Of a stretch of 49,311 bases of DNA, positions 9,679 to 18,980 are shown piece after piece. The stretch is from positions 32,168-81,478 of the forward strand of contig JBBTSG010000006.1 of NCBI GenBank assembly GCA_038064775.1, read 5' to 3'. The first letter of the stretch is position 1. Each line of letters starts with the position of its first letter. A model generated the notes under the pieces. The model was given only the letters and a program-made list of their open reading frames with translations, had not been told where the DNA came from and ran no database searches. A program made the translations under genes and the position numbers. The DNA is from Patescibacteria group bacterium (lineage in GTDB: Bacteria > Patescibacteriota > Minisyncoccia > UBA6257 > GWB1-50-10).

Positions 9679-9707
9679 GTGGGAGCTAAATTGCTCCCAC
9701 TTTTTTT
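9679..9707. terminator. Intrinsic terminator between convergent genes
   Basis: GTGGGAGC-taaatt-GCTCCCAC followed by T7 on the plus strand. Confidence 0.8.
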
Positions 9708-9728
9708 ATCAAAAAAAAATAGTATTTT

Positions 9729-10973
9729 TTATTTAATTCCGCGCTTTTTTAAAAAAAATCCTGTTATTTCACAAACATAATCAATCATTTTATCTGTCAA
9801 GCCGTGATGTAAGCCAATAAGAAAGGAATTCCCCGTTATAAATTGCGAATTGGCTAGATTGCCAATCTTTCTGTATTTCACATTCGCATAAGCCGGTTGC
9901 TTTATTATATTCCCCGAGAAAAGTGGTCTTGTCTGAATCTTATGGCGCTCCAAATATCTAACCAGCTCATTTCTCGTAAATGGAGCGTCTTTTTTTATCG
10001 TTAGTGGAAAGGCTAACCAATTAACGTTCGTTCGGGGAAATTCTTTCGGTAAAATGAAGTATTCCTCAAATTGTCCAAAAAATTCGTAGAGCCGCTTAAA
10101 ATTATTCCTGCGCAAACTTGTAAAACCTTTCAATCTATTTAACTGCTCTAACCCAAATGCGGCCTGAATCTCGGTAGGCTTGAAATTATATCCTAGTTCC
10201 ACGAAAACGAAGGCGCTATCATACGGTTTACCATCAATCTTAAAAGTGGCTAACCGGGAACGAATGTCTTGATCGTGGCGCGAGATTCCCCTCCCCCAGT
10301 CACGAAACAACCTGGCTCTTTCCCTCAATTTTTTATCGTTGGTCATGAGCATACCGCCCGCCCCGCCAGTTGTTATTAGATGAGAGGCATAAAAACTCGT
10401 AGTCGTAACATCGCTCCATTTCCCCGATGGCTGACCGTTAAATTTCCCGCCAATAGTGTCACAGCTATCTTCAATGAAAACTAATCCATGTTTTTTGCAA
10501 AAACTCCTAATAGTTGGCAAATCCACAAAATTGCCGATCAGATGCGGCGCCATAACCGCCACGGTTTTATTGGAAATAGTTTTCTCTAATTCTTTTGGAT
10601 TTATTTGATAAGTTCCCGGCTCCACATCCACAAACACCGGAACCAAACCAGTTTGGATTATCGGAGCCACGGTCGTATTAAATGTGCACGCCGGGGTAAT
10701 TATCTCAGAACCCTTAGGGAATTTTAAGGCGCAAAGCGCTAAAAGGTTTGCGGAAGAACCAGAATTTACGAAAAGTCCGTACCTTTTTCCATATAATCCC
10801 GCTACCTTATTTTCAAATTCTGCAGTAATTTTTCCGGTTGTTAACCAACCACTTTTTAGTGCTTTATTAACAGCTACTATTTCTTTTTTACTGTATGCGT
10901 CAGTAGTATTCGGCGCATACCAAACCCAATCTTTTCCGGGAATAAATTTTTTACCGCTTATAAGAGAATTCAT
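9729..10973 (-). CDS. E1/RfbH(DdhC)-like PMP-dependent NDP-4-keto-6-deoxyhexose 3-dehydratase, lacking the Fe-S cysteine loop
   Basis: VNSGSSANLLA, SFYASHLIT (His at the Schiff-base Lys site), FRDWGR, GYNFKPTEIQAAFG, TRPLFSGNI.KQP. Confidence 0.85.
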   Translation of the reverse strand: MNSLISGKKFIPGKDWVWYAPNTTDAYSKKEIVAVNKALKSGWLTTGKITAEFENKVAGLYGKRYGLFVNSGSSANLLALCALKFPKGSEIITPACTFNTTVAPIIQTGLVPVFVDVEPGTYQINPKELEKTISNKTVAVMAPHLIGNFVDLPTIRSFCKKHGLVFIEDSCDTIGGKFNGQPSGKWSDVTTTSFYASHLITTGGAGGMLMTNDKKLRERARLFRDWGRGISRHDQDIRSRLATFKIDGKPYDSAFVFVELGYNFKPTEIQAAFGLEQLNRLKGFTSLRRNNFKRLYEFFGQFEEYFILPKEFPRTNVNWLAFPLTIKKDAPFTRNELVRYLERHKIQTRPLFSGNIIKQPAYANVKYRKIGNLANSQFITGNSFLIGLHHGLTDKMIDYVCEITGFFLKKRGIK

Positions 10974-10986
10974 TATTCAATAATGA

Positions 10987-12045
10987 TTAATGCATTTCCG
11001 TTCTGCCTTTTTCGGTCTCTATCGGAACGTGACGCATCCACAGTTTTTCTTTCCACCAATTTTCATTATTGATATACCAATCGATAACTGACCGGAGACC
11101 GCTTTCAAATGAGATTTTTGGCTCCCAACCAAGAACTTTTTTAATTTTATCTACTCCTGCAGTATGCCGAAAAACTTGACCTGGGCGATCCCCAATATTC
11201 ATAGATGAAAAACTGTATTGGACCTTACTGCTTTTATTCTTCATATATTCCATGATAAGATCAGCTATTTTTGAAACAGAGTAATCTTCCCCAGTACCAA
11301 CATTAAAAACCTCACCTTCAACTTTTTCCGCGGGAGCGTGCAAAATTAAATCTATAGCATTAGATAAGTCGTCTACGTAAGTAAAATCCCTTTTGCTATT
11401 ACCTGTGCCGTGTATAGTAAGCGGCTCTCTCAAAATACAGCTGGTGATAAAGCGGGGAATTAACTTCTCAAGATGTTGGTTCGGACCAAACATGTTAAAA
11501 GGGCGGACAATCACTGCCGGAATTTTATAAGTTGATACATAAGAATAAACTAGTCGATCAGCTCCAGCCTTGGCGGCGGCATAAGGACTTGCGGGATTAA
11601 GAGGGTGATCTTCATGCATTTTATCAGTAACCGCCGTACCATAAACTTCACTGGTCGAGATGTGAATAAATCTCTTGATTCTGTCTCTGTGTCGCAAAAC
11701 CGCGTTTGCCACCCGTTGAGTACCAATAACATCCGTCTCAAAAAATCTTTCGTCATCATAAATCGAACGAGCCACATGAGTTTCGGCGGCAAAATGAATA
11801 ACGACATTCGCTCGCGAGACAAGCTCTTCAACGAGTTTGGCATTTTTTACATCTCCATAGACGAAACGAAAATTTGAGGATTCGTGAATCCTTTTTGAAA
11901 TATTATGAATATCTCCCGCATACGTGAGCGCATCGAGAACAATGAAATTATATTTAGGGTATTTATCGAACAGATAAGCGAGTACATTGCTACCAATAAA
12001 TCCGGCAGCCCCAGTTATTAAAATTGTATTTCTGTCAGATATCAT
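10987..12045 (-). CDS. RmlB-like NDP-sugar 4,6-dehydratase (or decarboxylase) with a TSE active-site variant
   Basis: ITGAAGFIGS, DALTYAG, HFAAETHV, HISTSEVYG, PYAAAK, RDFTYVDD, DRPG. Confidence 0.85.
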   Translation of the reverse strand: MISDRNTILITGAAGFIGSNVLAYLFDKYPKYNFIVLDALTYAGDIHNISKRIHESSNFRFVYGDVKNAKLVEELVSRANVVIHFAAETHVARSIYDDERFFETDVIGTQRVANAVLRHRDRIKRFIHISTSEVYGTAVTDKMHEDHPLNPASPYAAAKAGADRLVYSYVSTYKIPAVIVRPFNMFGPNQHLEKLIPRFITSCILREPLTIHGTGNSKRDFTYVDDLSNAIDLILHAPAEKVEGEVFNVGTGEDYSVSKIADLIMEYMKNKSSKVQYSFSSMNIGDRPGQVFRHTAGVDKIKKVLGWEPKISFESGLRSVIDWYINNENWWKEKLWMRHVPIETEKGRTEMH

Positions 12046-12056
12046 TAAAAATGATA

Positions 12057-13091
12057 TTACCTCATACTCTCAAATATATCAAGAATAGACTTAACTCTAT
12101 TGATAAAAAGGTGTCCACCATTCACGATTTTCTCTTGGCCGTTTTTGGCTATGTTTTTCCGTAATAGATCGTGCTTCAAATAAAAATCTATTTTGTTTTT
12201 CATCTCATCATACGAATCGAAAAATTCTGCCTCCTTGCCTTCTTCAAGGAATTCACCAATTTTTGAAGTCCGGCTATGAAGCATGAAAGCGCCGCAAGCA
12301 GGAATTTCAAATGTGCGACAAGCCAAGGTCTCATCGTTGTGTTCCCGCACAAAAGCGAGAGCGATTTTGCTTGAATTCAAAACCTTAGACATATTGCCAC
12401 AAGACGCTTCTTTAAATTGAATACAACCTTTTTTAAAAAGACATGAGCTCTTAGGACATTTCTCCCAACTATTACCATAAATTTTTATATCATAACCCTC
12501 TCCACACAACTTTTCCATATATTCAAATCTATTCTCTTTAGCATAAGTTCCTATAAAAACAATGTCGGCGCCAAGTCGGTCTTTTTCTTCCGGTGTCACT
12601 TCGGTGGGTTTATGACAGTCGGGATCGGCGGCGCAGGTTAAAAAGATAGCTTTTTTAGCTCCAAGTTTTAATAATTCTTTTGAATTCGCGAAATTAAAGA
12701 AAAAATGACAGTCATACAAAGGAATTGATTTATAAAAATAGGTGCTACAGGTTTTTGGAAATAAAACATAATCCGGATACCAAGAAAAAACTTTCGTAAT
12801 ACCGGACAATGCTTTAACGGTTTTTGGTTTAATTAATATGGGTTTAAAGCATAAAATGAAATCGGGTTTAAAGCTCTTGACGCGTTTTATGAGTTCTTTA
12901 TTAAGTTTTCCAGTAAAGAAATAATAAGGGGTCCTAAGGAGGCGATAACTTATTTTATTTATTAAGGATGTATTAAAATATTCTTCTTGACGCACAATAT
13001 CAACCTCAATATTAAGTTTTTTAAGAGCTTTGTAAATAAAATTTATTTCTCCTCCACCTCCAGTCCATTTGCCTGTTAATAATACTTTCAT
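12057..13091 (-). CDS. CgeB-like glycosyltransferase (GT-B fold)
   Basis: DIVFIGT, IKIYGNSW, LNSSKIAL, RTFEIPACGAFML, FLEEGKEAEFF. Confidence 0.85.
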   Translation of the reverse strand: MKVLLTGKWTGGGGEINFIYKALKKLNIEVDIVRQEEYFNTSLINKISYRLLRTPYYFFTGKLNKELIKRVKSFKPDFILCFKPILIKPKTVKALSGITKVFSWYPDYVLFPKTCSTYFYKSIPLYDCHFFFNFANSKELLKLGAKKAIFLTCAADPDCHKPTEVTPEEKDRLGADIVFIGTYAKENRFEYMEKLCGEGYDIKIYGNSWEKCPKSSCLFKKGCIQFKEASCGNMSKVLNSSKIALAFVREHNDETLACRTFEIPACGAFMLHSRTSKIGEFLEEGKEAEFFDSYDEMKNKIDFYLKHDLLRKNIAKNGQEKIVNGGHLFINRVKSILDIFESMR

Positions 13092-13094
13092 GAG

Positions 13095-14342
13095 TTAAGT
13101 GTAATTAATATTATCTCTGTATTTTTTCATTAGACCAATTTTCTCCAACGCAAAAAGTATTCCATTAATATCCTCGTCGTAACTCGTTTTTTCAATAAGT
13201 TTGATTGATTCGAGAGAGAAATTTTTTCTCATCTTTGAATCAACCACAAGGTTATACAAAAACATACTCAGCTGATTAAAATTTCCACATTCAAAAATAA
13301 AACCGTTTTTACCTTCACTAACGCGATCCTTACTTGTTCCAATTACATCAGACACGATAATCGGCAAACCGAAACACATTGCTTCATTAAGGGGCATGGG
13401 GGCGGTATCTCCTAAACCAGAGGGTTGCACGTAAATATCCGCAAGAGCATAATAATTTTCAATTTCCATTTGGTCAACGAAACCGGCGAAATATACTGGC
13501 AGGTTTTTTTCTTTTGCATAAATCTCAAGGCGTTCTCGTAAAACCCCATCCCCCATAAAAACAAGAATTGCGGGTTTAGCGTTTGACTGCTTAAGTTTTT
13601 CTTGGAGTAATTCGTAGGCCATTAAAAGATCAAGCGGTCTTTTTTTGTCTATAAGCTTTCCGGAAAAAAGTATAACTACCGCATTTTCATCAATTCCTAT
13701 TTTTTTTCTAAGCTCTGGTTTCTTTCTTATCAATTTTTCTCTCTTGGCAAAAAAACGATCATTGTCTACGGCGTAGGGAAGTGAAACAAGTTTGTTCTCT
13801 GGAACGCTATAATATTTGTAGAACTTTTTATTTTCAGTACTTATGTAAAAAAATGTGGAAATAAACCTAAAAAGTGATGGAAATATAATTTTTTTTAAAG
13901 CTTTATTAAAATCTGACTTTAAAAGTTCCTGATTTAAAGGACTTTCTCCCCTTAAAAAGACTGGTAGGCCTTTTATAAAAGATGAGATAAGCGCAAGCCA
14001 CATAGTGAAAACTTGCCAACCCATAATCAAAACTGCATCGTGTTTTTTCCTTGATAGCGCGGAAATAACGCCAAGATTAATTAAGCCAAAAAACCGACTA
14101 GAGGTTTTCCAAGGATGAATATTTTTCAAAAATTCATATCTATACCCCTCGAGAAAAGATTTATCCCAAAGAACACTTTTACCAAAACCAGGATCGTAAC
14201 TTTCTTTAACTCCAAAATCCCAACAAAAATAAACCGTAAGATCAATATTCTTTTCTTGCGCTATTTTACGAAACAGTGGTACTTGAAATTCAATAGGATG
14301 TGTTGTTAAGATTGCTAATCTATAAACTTTTTCTTTATGCAT
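13095..14342 (-). CDS. Glycosyltransferase family 4
   Basis: HPIEFQVPLF, YAVDNDRF, FSGKLIDKKRPLDLL, NEAMCFGLPIIVSD. Confidence 0.9.
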   Translation of the reverse strand: MHKEKVYRLAILTTHPIEFQVPLFRKIAQEKNIDLTVYFCWDFGVKESYDPGFGKSVLWDKSFLEGYRYEFLKNIHPWKTSSRFFGLINLGVISALSRKKHDAVLIMGWQVFTMWLALISSFIKGLPVFLRGESPLNQELLKSDFNKALKKIIFPSLFRFISTFFYISTENKKFYKYYSVPENKLVSLPYAVDNDRFFAKREKLIRKKPELRKKIGIDENAVVILFSGKLIDKKRPLDLLMAYELLQEKLKQSNAKPAILVFMGDGVLRERLEIYAKEKNLPVYFAGFVDQMEIENYYALADIYVQPSGLGDTAPMPLNEAMCFGLPIIVSDVIGTSKDRVSEGKNGFIFECGNFNQLSMFLYNLVVDSKMRKNFSLESIKLIEKTSYDEDINGILFALEKIGLMKKYRDNINYT

Positions 14343-14346
14343 AAAA

Positions 14347-15426
14347 TTAGAACAAATCCGCCCAAATCACCATTGCCCGCCTAATTTTATTCCAATACTC
14401 ACCTGGATGAGGTAGTTTACTCGAGATCTCTTTATATAAATCCTTAACATTTGTCCCACTCAGATTCATTTCGTAAACTATCTGCCATAAATTCTCGTTT
14501 ATTTCTAATCCTGATCTCTCTTTTTCCAAATTAACGTATGGATCGCTCGCCCGATCATGCCAAACCACCGGATGACCAGAAGCGGCGCGGTAGTCCAAAA
14601 CATCAATAATCTTCTTCGCAAATACGCCAGCCCAAATATCATCAAATCTGTCATAACCCCACAGCTCGCCCGCTGCGTTTTTGCCCATTAACAGAAAATA
14701 CATTGCGGGCGTAAGTTCGCGCTTCCAAGCTACGTTCATTCCACACATTGGAAAAAAACTCCACCGCGGAATCATACGGTCGTGAAAATAGTGGTCGATA
14801 TGGGGAATTTCCTTCATATTTATTTGGGTCTCGGCATCCACGTCTGGCACGTTTGCCCAAAGACCATGAGAAAGCATTACTCGTTCGGAACCGAGAGGGT
14901 GCTCGAAATTTTTATGTGGGAACCCGCGAGGATTCAAATTGAGCGTCGAAGATACCCATGCCGGCTCCCGAAATTTCCTTTCAAAGAGATTGTGACGGTG
15001 AGTCTCCACGAGATCGTAAATATGATGCGCCTTGAGGTGAGCGCTATAATTCAGGGAAGGATAACAATCGTCGTCCAGAGAAATTATCATATCCGCACCA
15101 AGTTGATAGGCCTTCCAAAAACCGTAGGACTTAATAGAGCTCGAACGCCGCGGGATTATCCAATTGTCTAAACCGAGATCATTTTCAATATCTGCCCAAC
15201 TCAGATGAAGAACATTAAAATCAAGTTTTTTGTCGTCAATTCCAAAGGCCTTAACGGGATTATCCTCAACCACTACCAAAACCACCTCGTTTTTTTTAAA
15301 AATATCCTTCCATTCGTCCAAAAATCTCAAAATTGATTCTTGTCGTATAGTTGGAACAACAACGAATATTCGTGTCGTCGCTTCTTTTTGCTCTTTATGA
15401 GATTTTGTTTTTTGAACGTGAAGCAT
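14347..15426 (-). CDS. Reversibly glycosylated polypeptide (RGP)/UDP-arabinopyranose mutase family (GT75) homolog
   Basis: VVPTIR, SLDDDCYP (DxD), RGFP, SHGLWANVPDVDAETQI, FPMCGMNVAW, PAMYFLLMG, RFDDIWAG, WHDRASDPYVNLEKE occur in the same order as in plant RGP/UAM. Confidence 0.88.
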   Translation of the reverse strand: MLHVQKTKSHKEQKEATTRIFVVVPTIRQESILRFLDEWKDIFKKNEVVLVVVEDNPVKAFGIDDKKLDFNVLHLSWADIENDLGLDNWIIPRRSSSIKSYGFWKAYQLGADMIISLDDDCYPSLNYSAHLKAHHIYDLVETHRHNLFERKFREPAWVSSTLNLNPRGFPHKNFEHPLGSERVMLSHGLWANVPDVDAETQINMKEIPHIDHYFHDRMIPRWSFFPMCGMNVAWKRELTPAMYFLLMGKNAAGELWGYDRFDDIWAGVFAKKIIDVLDYRAASGHPVVWHDRASDPYVNLEKERSGLEINENLWQIVYEMNLSGTNVKDLYKEISSKLPHPGEYWNKIRRAMVIWADLF

Positions 15427-15493
15427 AATTAACTATATAACTTAATCTATTTTAACAGTTAATTTTAAAAATACTATTTTTGGAAATGAATTC

Positions 15494-16741
15494 TTAAAAT
15501 TGTATGAGATGAGATAAGAGATTATTTGAATAATTCTCCCATGTGTATTTAGAAAGAGCTTGCTTCGCTTCATTAGCCGAAATAGATTTTGTATCTAAAG
15601 CAGTTTCAATCACCTTAGCCATAGAAACCGGGTCTGGACTTGCCTTAAAAAGCAATTTGTCTTTGAGTTCGCCTAAATCTCCGGAGAGGTCGTAATCAGT
15701 TGAGCAAATAACTTTTTTACTCAAAGAAAGCCCCTCCATAACAGTAAGATCGAAATCAATCCATGCGGGATGAAAAACAGCCGTGGCGCTTGCATAGAGA
15801 TCTAATAAATCTTCCTCCGCAACAAAACCGCCAAGCACTACATGACTCTCTATGTGAAGTTCTTTAATAAGCGCTTCAAGATTTTCTTTCTCCGGACCTT
15901 TACCACCCACCACAAAATAAATATCATCCCTTTTTTTCGTGAGCTCCGCTATTGTCCGGATGCAAAGATCAATGCGTTTCCCAGGAATTAGCCGACTCAC
16001 ATCAACAAACATCTTAGCGTCGGAAGGAAAACCATATTTCGCTCGCATATCTTTCTTCGGTTTATAATTAAAAAGAGAAGGGTTTATGCCGCTTTTTAAG
16101 TCAATTACGGAGCGACCGTAGAATTGTTCGTTCTCCCAGGCCATCTGCCGAGTCATAGAAAAAGTATAAATAGCCCGGCGTACCACAAAATAATTCATCC
16201 AGGCATGGCACTGCAACACTAACCTAGCGAAAAGTCCTCTTACAGGATTTTCTAAAGGAATGAAAGTTTGGTGCCCAGAAATTGAATTTCTGACCTTGGT
16301 AAAAACTCGATTGAATGGCGCCATATATTTCAGTCCGTCTTCTGGAAAATTAAAAAATGAGGCATAAAGAAAAACAGCGTAAGGAATATTCGTTCCTAAC
16401 GAGGATAAGTAAAGCAATTCCGCGTCAGCAGGATTCTGCCCTAACGTGATGTCCGGCCGGAAAGTTTTAATCTCTTTGCGAAGCTTTAGAATACTCACTA
16501 AAGAAATCCAAATTTTTTGAAGTAAGTGGTCTGGGTAATCACCTTCGTAAAAACTCGTGACAGGAATGTCCGCGTAAGCACCCTTAAAAAGGTTTTTTGT
16601 GCTGTTGCTTTTTACCACTACCATGCGTACCTCGCAGCCAGATTTTGTAAACCATTTGGCGATCTCAAACATCAACCGCTCCGCTCCGCCCTCCTGCACG
16701 AGCGCCTTCCTAAACAAAAGTATTTTTTTCTTTCTACTCAT
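15494..16741 (-). CDS. Glycosyltransferase family 4
   Basis: GGAER, VSRLIPGKRID, GGKGPE, GFV.EEDL, FDLTVMEGL. Confidence 0.85.
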   Translation of the reverse strand: MSRKKKILLFRKALVQEGGAERLMFEIAKWFTKSGCEVRMVVVKSNSTKNLFKGAYADIPVTSFYEGDYPDHLLQKIWISLVSILKLRKEIKTFRPDITLGQNPADAELLYLSSLGTNIPYAVFLYASFFNFPEDGLKYMAPFNRVFTKVRNSISGHQTFIPLENPVRGLFARLVLQCHAWMNYFVVRRAIYTFSMTRQMAWENEQFYGRSVIDLKSGINPSLFNYKPKKDMRAKYGFPSDAKMFVDVSRLIPGKRIDLCIRTIAELTKKRDDIYFVVGGKGPEKENLEALIKELHIESHVVLGGFVAEEDLLDLYASATAVFHPAWIDFDLTVMEGLSLSKKVICSTDYDLSGDLGELKDKLLFKASPDPVSMAKVIETALDTKSISANEAKQALSKYTWENYSNNLLSHLIQF

Positions 16742-16798
16742 ATATTTTTATAATACTTCTTAAATTTTTAAGAACTAAGAAGTTATTATTATGTGAAA

Positions 16799-17809
16799 TT
16801 ATTTTATCTCAGAAATATTTACGATTCGTTTCTCCGCGTCTGAAACCCTAGCCGCTTCAAGAATACGAGCTTGAGCTAAAAGGTCGCCTTCGTAATCTTT
16901 TTTGCCATCCCCTCCTTTTAAAATTTCTCCGCAAAAATCATCGAACATTAATTTAAAATGGTCAGCAGGTTCAACTGTAATTTCTTGTATCTTATCATTT
17001 TTATCAAGGAAAATTTTTGTCGCTATATCTCTAGGAACTGCATACGCTCTTCCCATTCTTAGATATGCTTTACTACCTAAAACACCATACGTGGACTGAA
17101 AATAAGAACCATAAATAGTGGAAGCGAAGGCAGTTTTGTCACCCGAGTAATATAAAACCATATCAGCTTTTACATCAACGCGACTTTCAGGATCAAATTT
17201 CATTTTACATAAAATACTCTTAGGTTCTTCGCCGAAGATCATCCGACTCGCATAAATTGGGTAAGGCCCTTGGTAATTCAACGAACCGCCGCCAAGATTT
17301 TTATTCAATAAATTTACTCCATTACCCGATCCTGGAATTCCAAAACACGCATCAAACCTAATAAGATCGCCTAGTACGTCCTGTTTTATCAACTCTTTTA
17401 CTTTTTCGTGTTGCGGGTGATAGCGAAACATTAACCCCTCAATAATACGAACTCTGTTGTTTTTAGCGGCTTCAACCATTCGCTTTGCAGAGGCGTAAGA
17501 AATTGCGGCTGGTTTTTCGCAAATCACATGTTTCCCGGCCTTAATCGCTTGCATAGACCACTCTTCGTGAAAAGCGTTTGGCAACGAAATATAAATAGCG
17601 TTAATGTCTTTATTCTTTAAAACATCTTCATATGTTCCCCACGCGCTAACTCTAGATTCTTTAGAAACCTCCCTAGTTTTTTCCGGATTTCTTGAACCAA
17701 TCATAACTAACTCAACAAACTCCGAATCCCGCATTGCCGGAAATACATTTTTAATAGCTACGCTAGAACAACCAATCACGCCAAATTTAACTTTTGAGCT
17801 GGTTTTCAT
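16799..17809 (-). CDS. Gfo/Idh/MocA family oxidoreductase (NDP-sugar 3-keto reductase/dehydrogenase-like)
   Basis: FGVIGCS, YISLPNAFH, HVICEKP, MFRYHPQH, LGGGSL. Confidence 0.88.
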   Translation of the reverse strand: MKTSSKVKFGVIGCSSVAIKNVFPAMRDSEFVELVMIGSRNPEKTREVSKESRVSAWGTYEDVLKNKDINAIYISLPNAFHEEWSMQAIKAGKHVICEKPAAISYASAKRMVEAAKNNRVRIIEGLMFRYHPQHEKVKELIKQDVLGDLIRFDACFGIPGSGNGVNLLNKNLGGGSLNYQGPYPIYASRMIFGEEPKSILCKMKFDPESRVDVKADMVLYYSGDKTAFASTIYGSYFQSTYGVLGSKAYLRMGRAYAVPRDIATKIFLDKNDKIQEITVEPADHFKLMFDDFCGEILKGGDGKKDYEGDLLAQARILEAARVSDAEKRIVNISEIK

Positions 17810-17810
17810 T

Positions 17811-18932
17811 TTAAAATGACCGGCAAATTTCTATAAGCGACCGAGCAACATATTTTTTTTCCTCTTCGCTTAAAATCGGCCCGCTCGGAATATAAAAACC
17901 ATTTAAACCGATTTTATTGGCGACAAGACAATCATCGTGATTAGTAAAACCTCCTTTAATAAAAATTTCTTGCGTGTTATAAGGAATAAATCCTTCTCTG
18001 GTTTCTATACCCAATTTTGAAAGCTCTTCAAGAACTGTTTTTCTTTTGCCTTCCGCTTTACCCCGAAGCACCACGTAATACATCCAGTAAACATTTTTAG
18101 CGTAGGGTTTTTCAACGGGTAATTGGATTTCAGGAATGTTCTTGAAAGCGTCATTGTAAAAAGCTGCGATTTCTCTTTTTTTACCGATGATAAAATCTAT
18201 TTTCCCGATTTGAGCTAAACCTAAGGCTGCTTGAAGATTCGTCATCCGGTAGTTGTAGCCAATATCCTGATGCATAAATTTATTTGTCGCGCCAAAAGCT
18301 AATGATTTTAGCATTCTCGCCCGATCAGCTAATTCTTTATTATTCGTGGTAATCATCCCGCCTTCACCGGTTGTAATAATTTTATTGGCATAAAAACTGA
18401 AACAACCAATGTCTCCGAGCGATCCAACTTTCTTACCTTTATATTCCGCGCCATGGGCTTCCGCGCAATCTTCCACAACAAAAAGATTGTGTTTCTTGGC
18501 GATTGCCAAAATTGGATCCATATCCACCGGATGGCCATAAATATGAACCACCATAATAGCTTTTGTCCGCGGTGTAATTTTTTGCTCAATTAGACTAGGA
18601 TCAATATTCCAAGTATCTTTCTCAATGTCAATCGGAATCGGTTTTGCGCCGCAATAATGAACGGCAAAAAAAGTAGCCATGTTTGTAAATGTTTGAACGA
18701 GTACTTCATCGCCCGGCCCGATTTTCAGCGTTGCGAGAGCCAAATGGAGCGCGGTTGTTCCGCTTGTAGTTGTAATCGCATATTCGGTGCTACAATATTT
18801 TGCAAAACTTTTTTCGAAATCGTTAATATAGCTCCCGGAAAAACCGGAAATTTGACCCTTATCCAAAGCATCCATTACAATTTTTTTTTCTTCCTCTCCT
18901 AAAAATGGTTGGGAAACGGGAATTTTCCTCAT
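17811..18932 (-). CDS. DegT/DnrJ PLP aminotransferase (perosamine synthase-like); start reassigned to MRKIPVSQP
   Basis: TSGTTALHLAL, VHIYGHP, EDCAEAHG, SFYANKIITTGEGG (catalytic Lys), YNYRMTNLQAALG; the longer ORF start would run through the upstream terminator. Confidence 0.9.
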   Translation of the reverse strand: MRKIPVSQPFLGEEEKKIVMDALDKGQISGFSGSYINDFEKSFAKYCSTEYAITTTSGTTALHLALATLKIGPGDEVLVQTFTNMATFFAVHYCGAKPIPIDIEKDTWNIDPSLIEQKITPRTKAIMVVHIYGHPVDMDPILAIAKKHNLFVVEDCAEAHGAEYKGKKVGSLGDIGCFSFYANKIITTGEGGMITTNNKELADRARMLKSLAFGATNKFMHQDIGYNYRMTNLQAALGLAQIGKIDFIIGKKREIAAFYNDAFKNIPEIQLPVEKPYAKNVYWMYYVVLRGKAEGKRKTVLEELSKLGIETREGFIPYNTQEIFIKGGFTNHDDCLVANKIGLNGFYIPSGPILSEEEKKYVARSLIEICRSF

Positions 18933-18980
18933 AAAACCCATTATGGCAGAAAGGAGCGAAAAATAAAAGATGTTAAAAAA

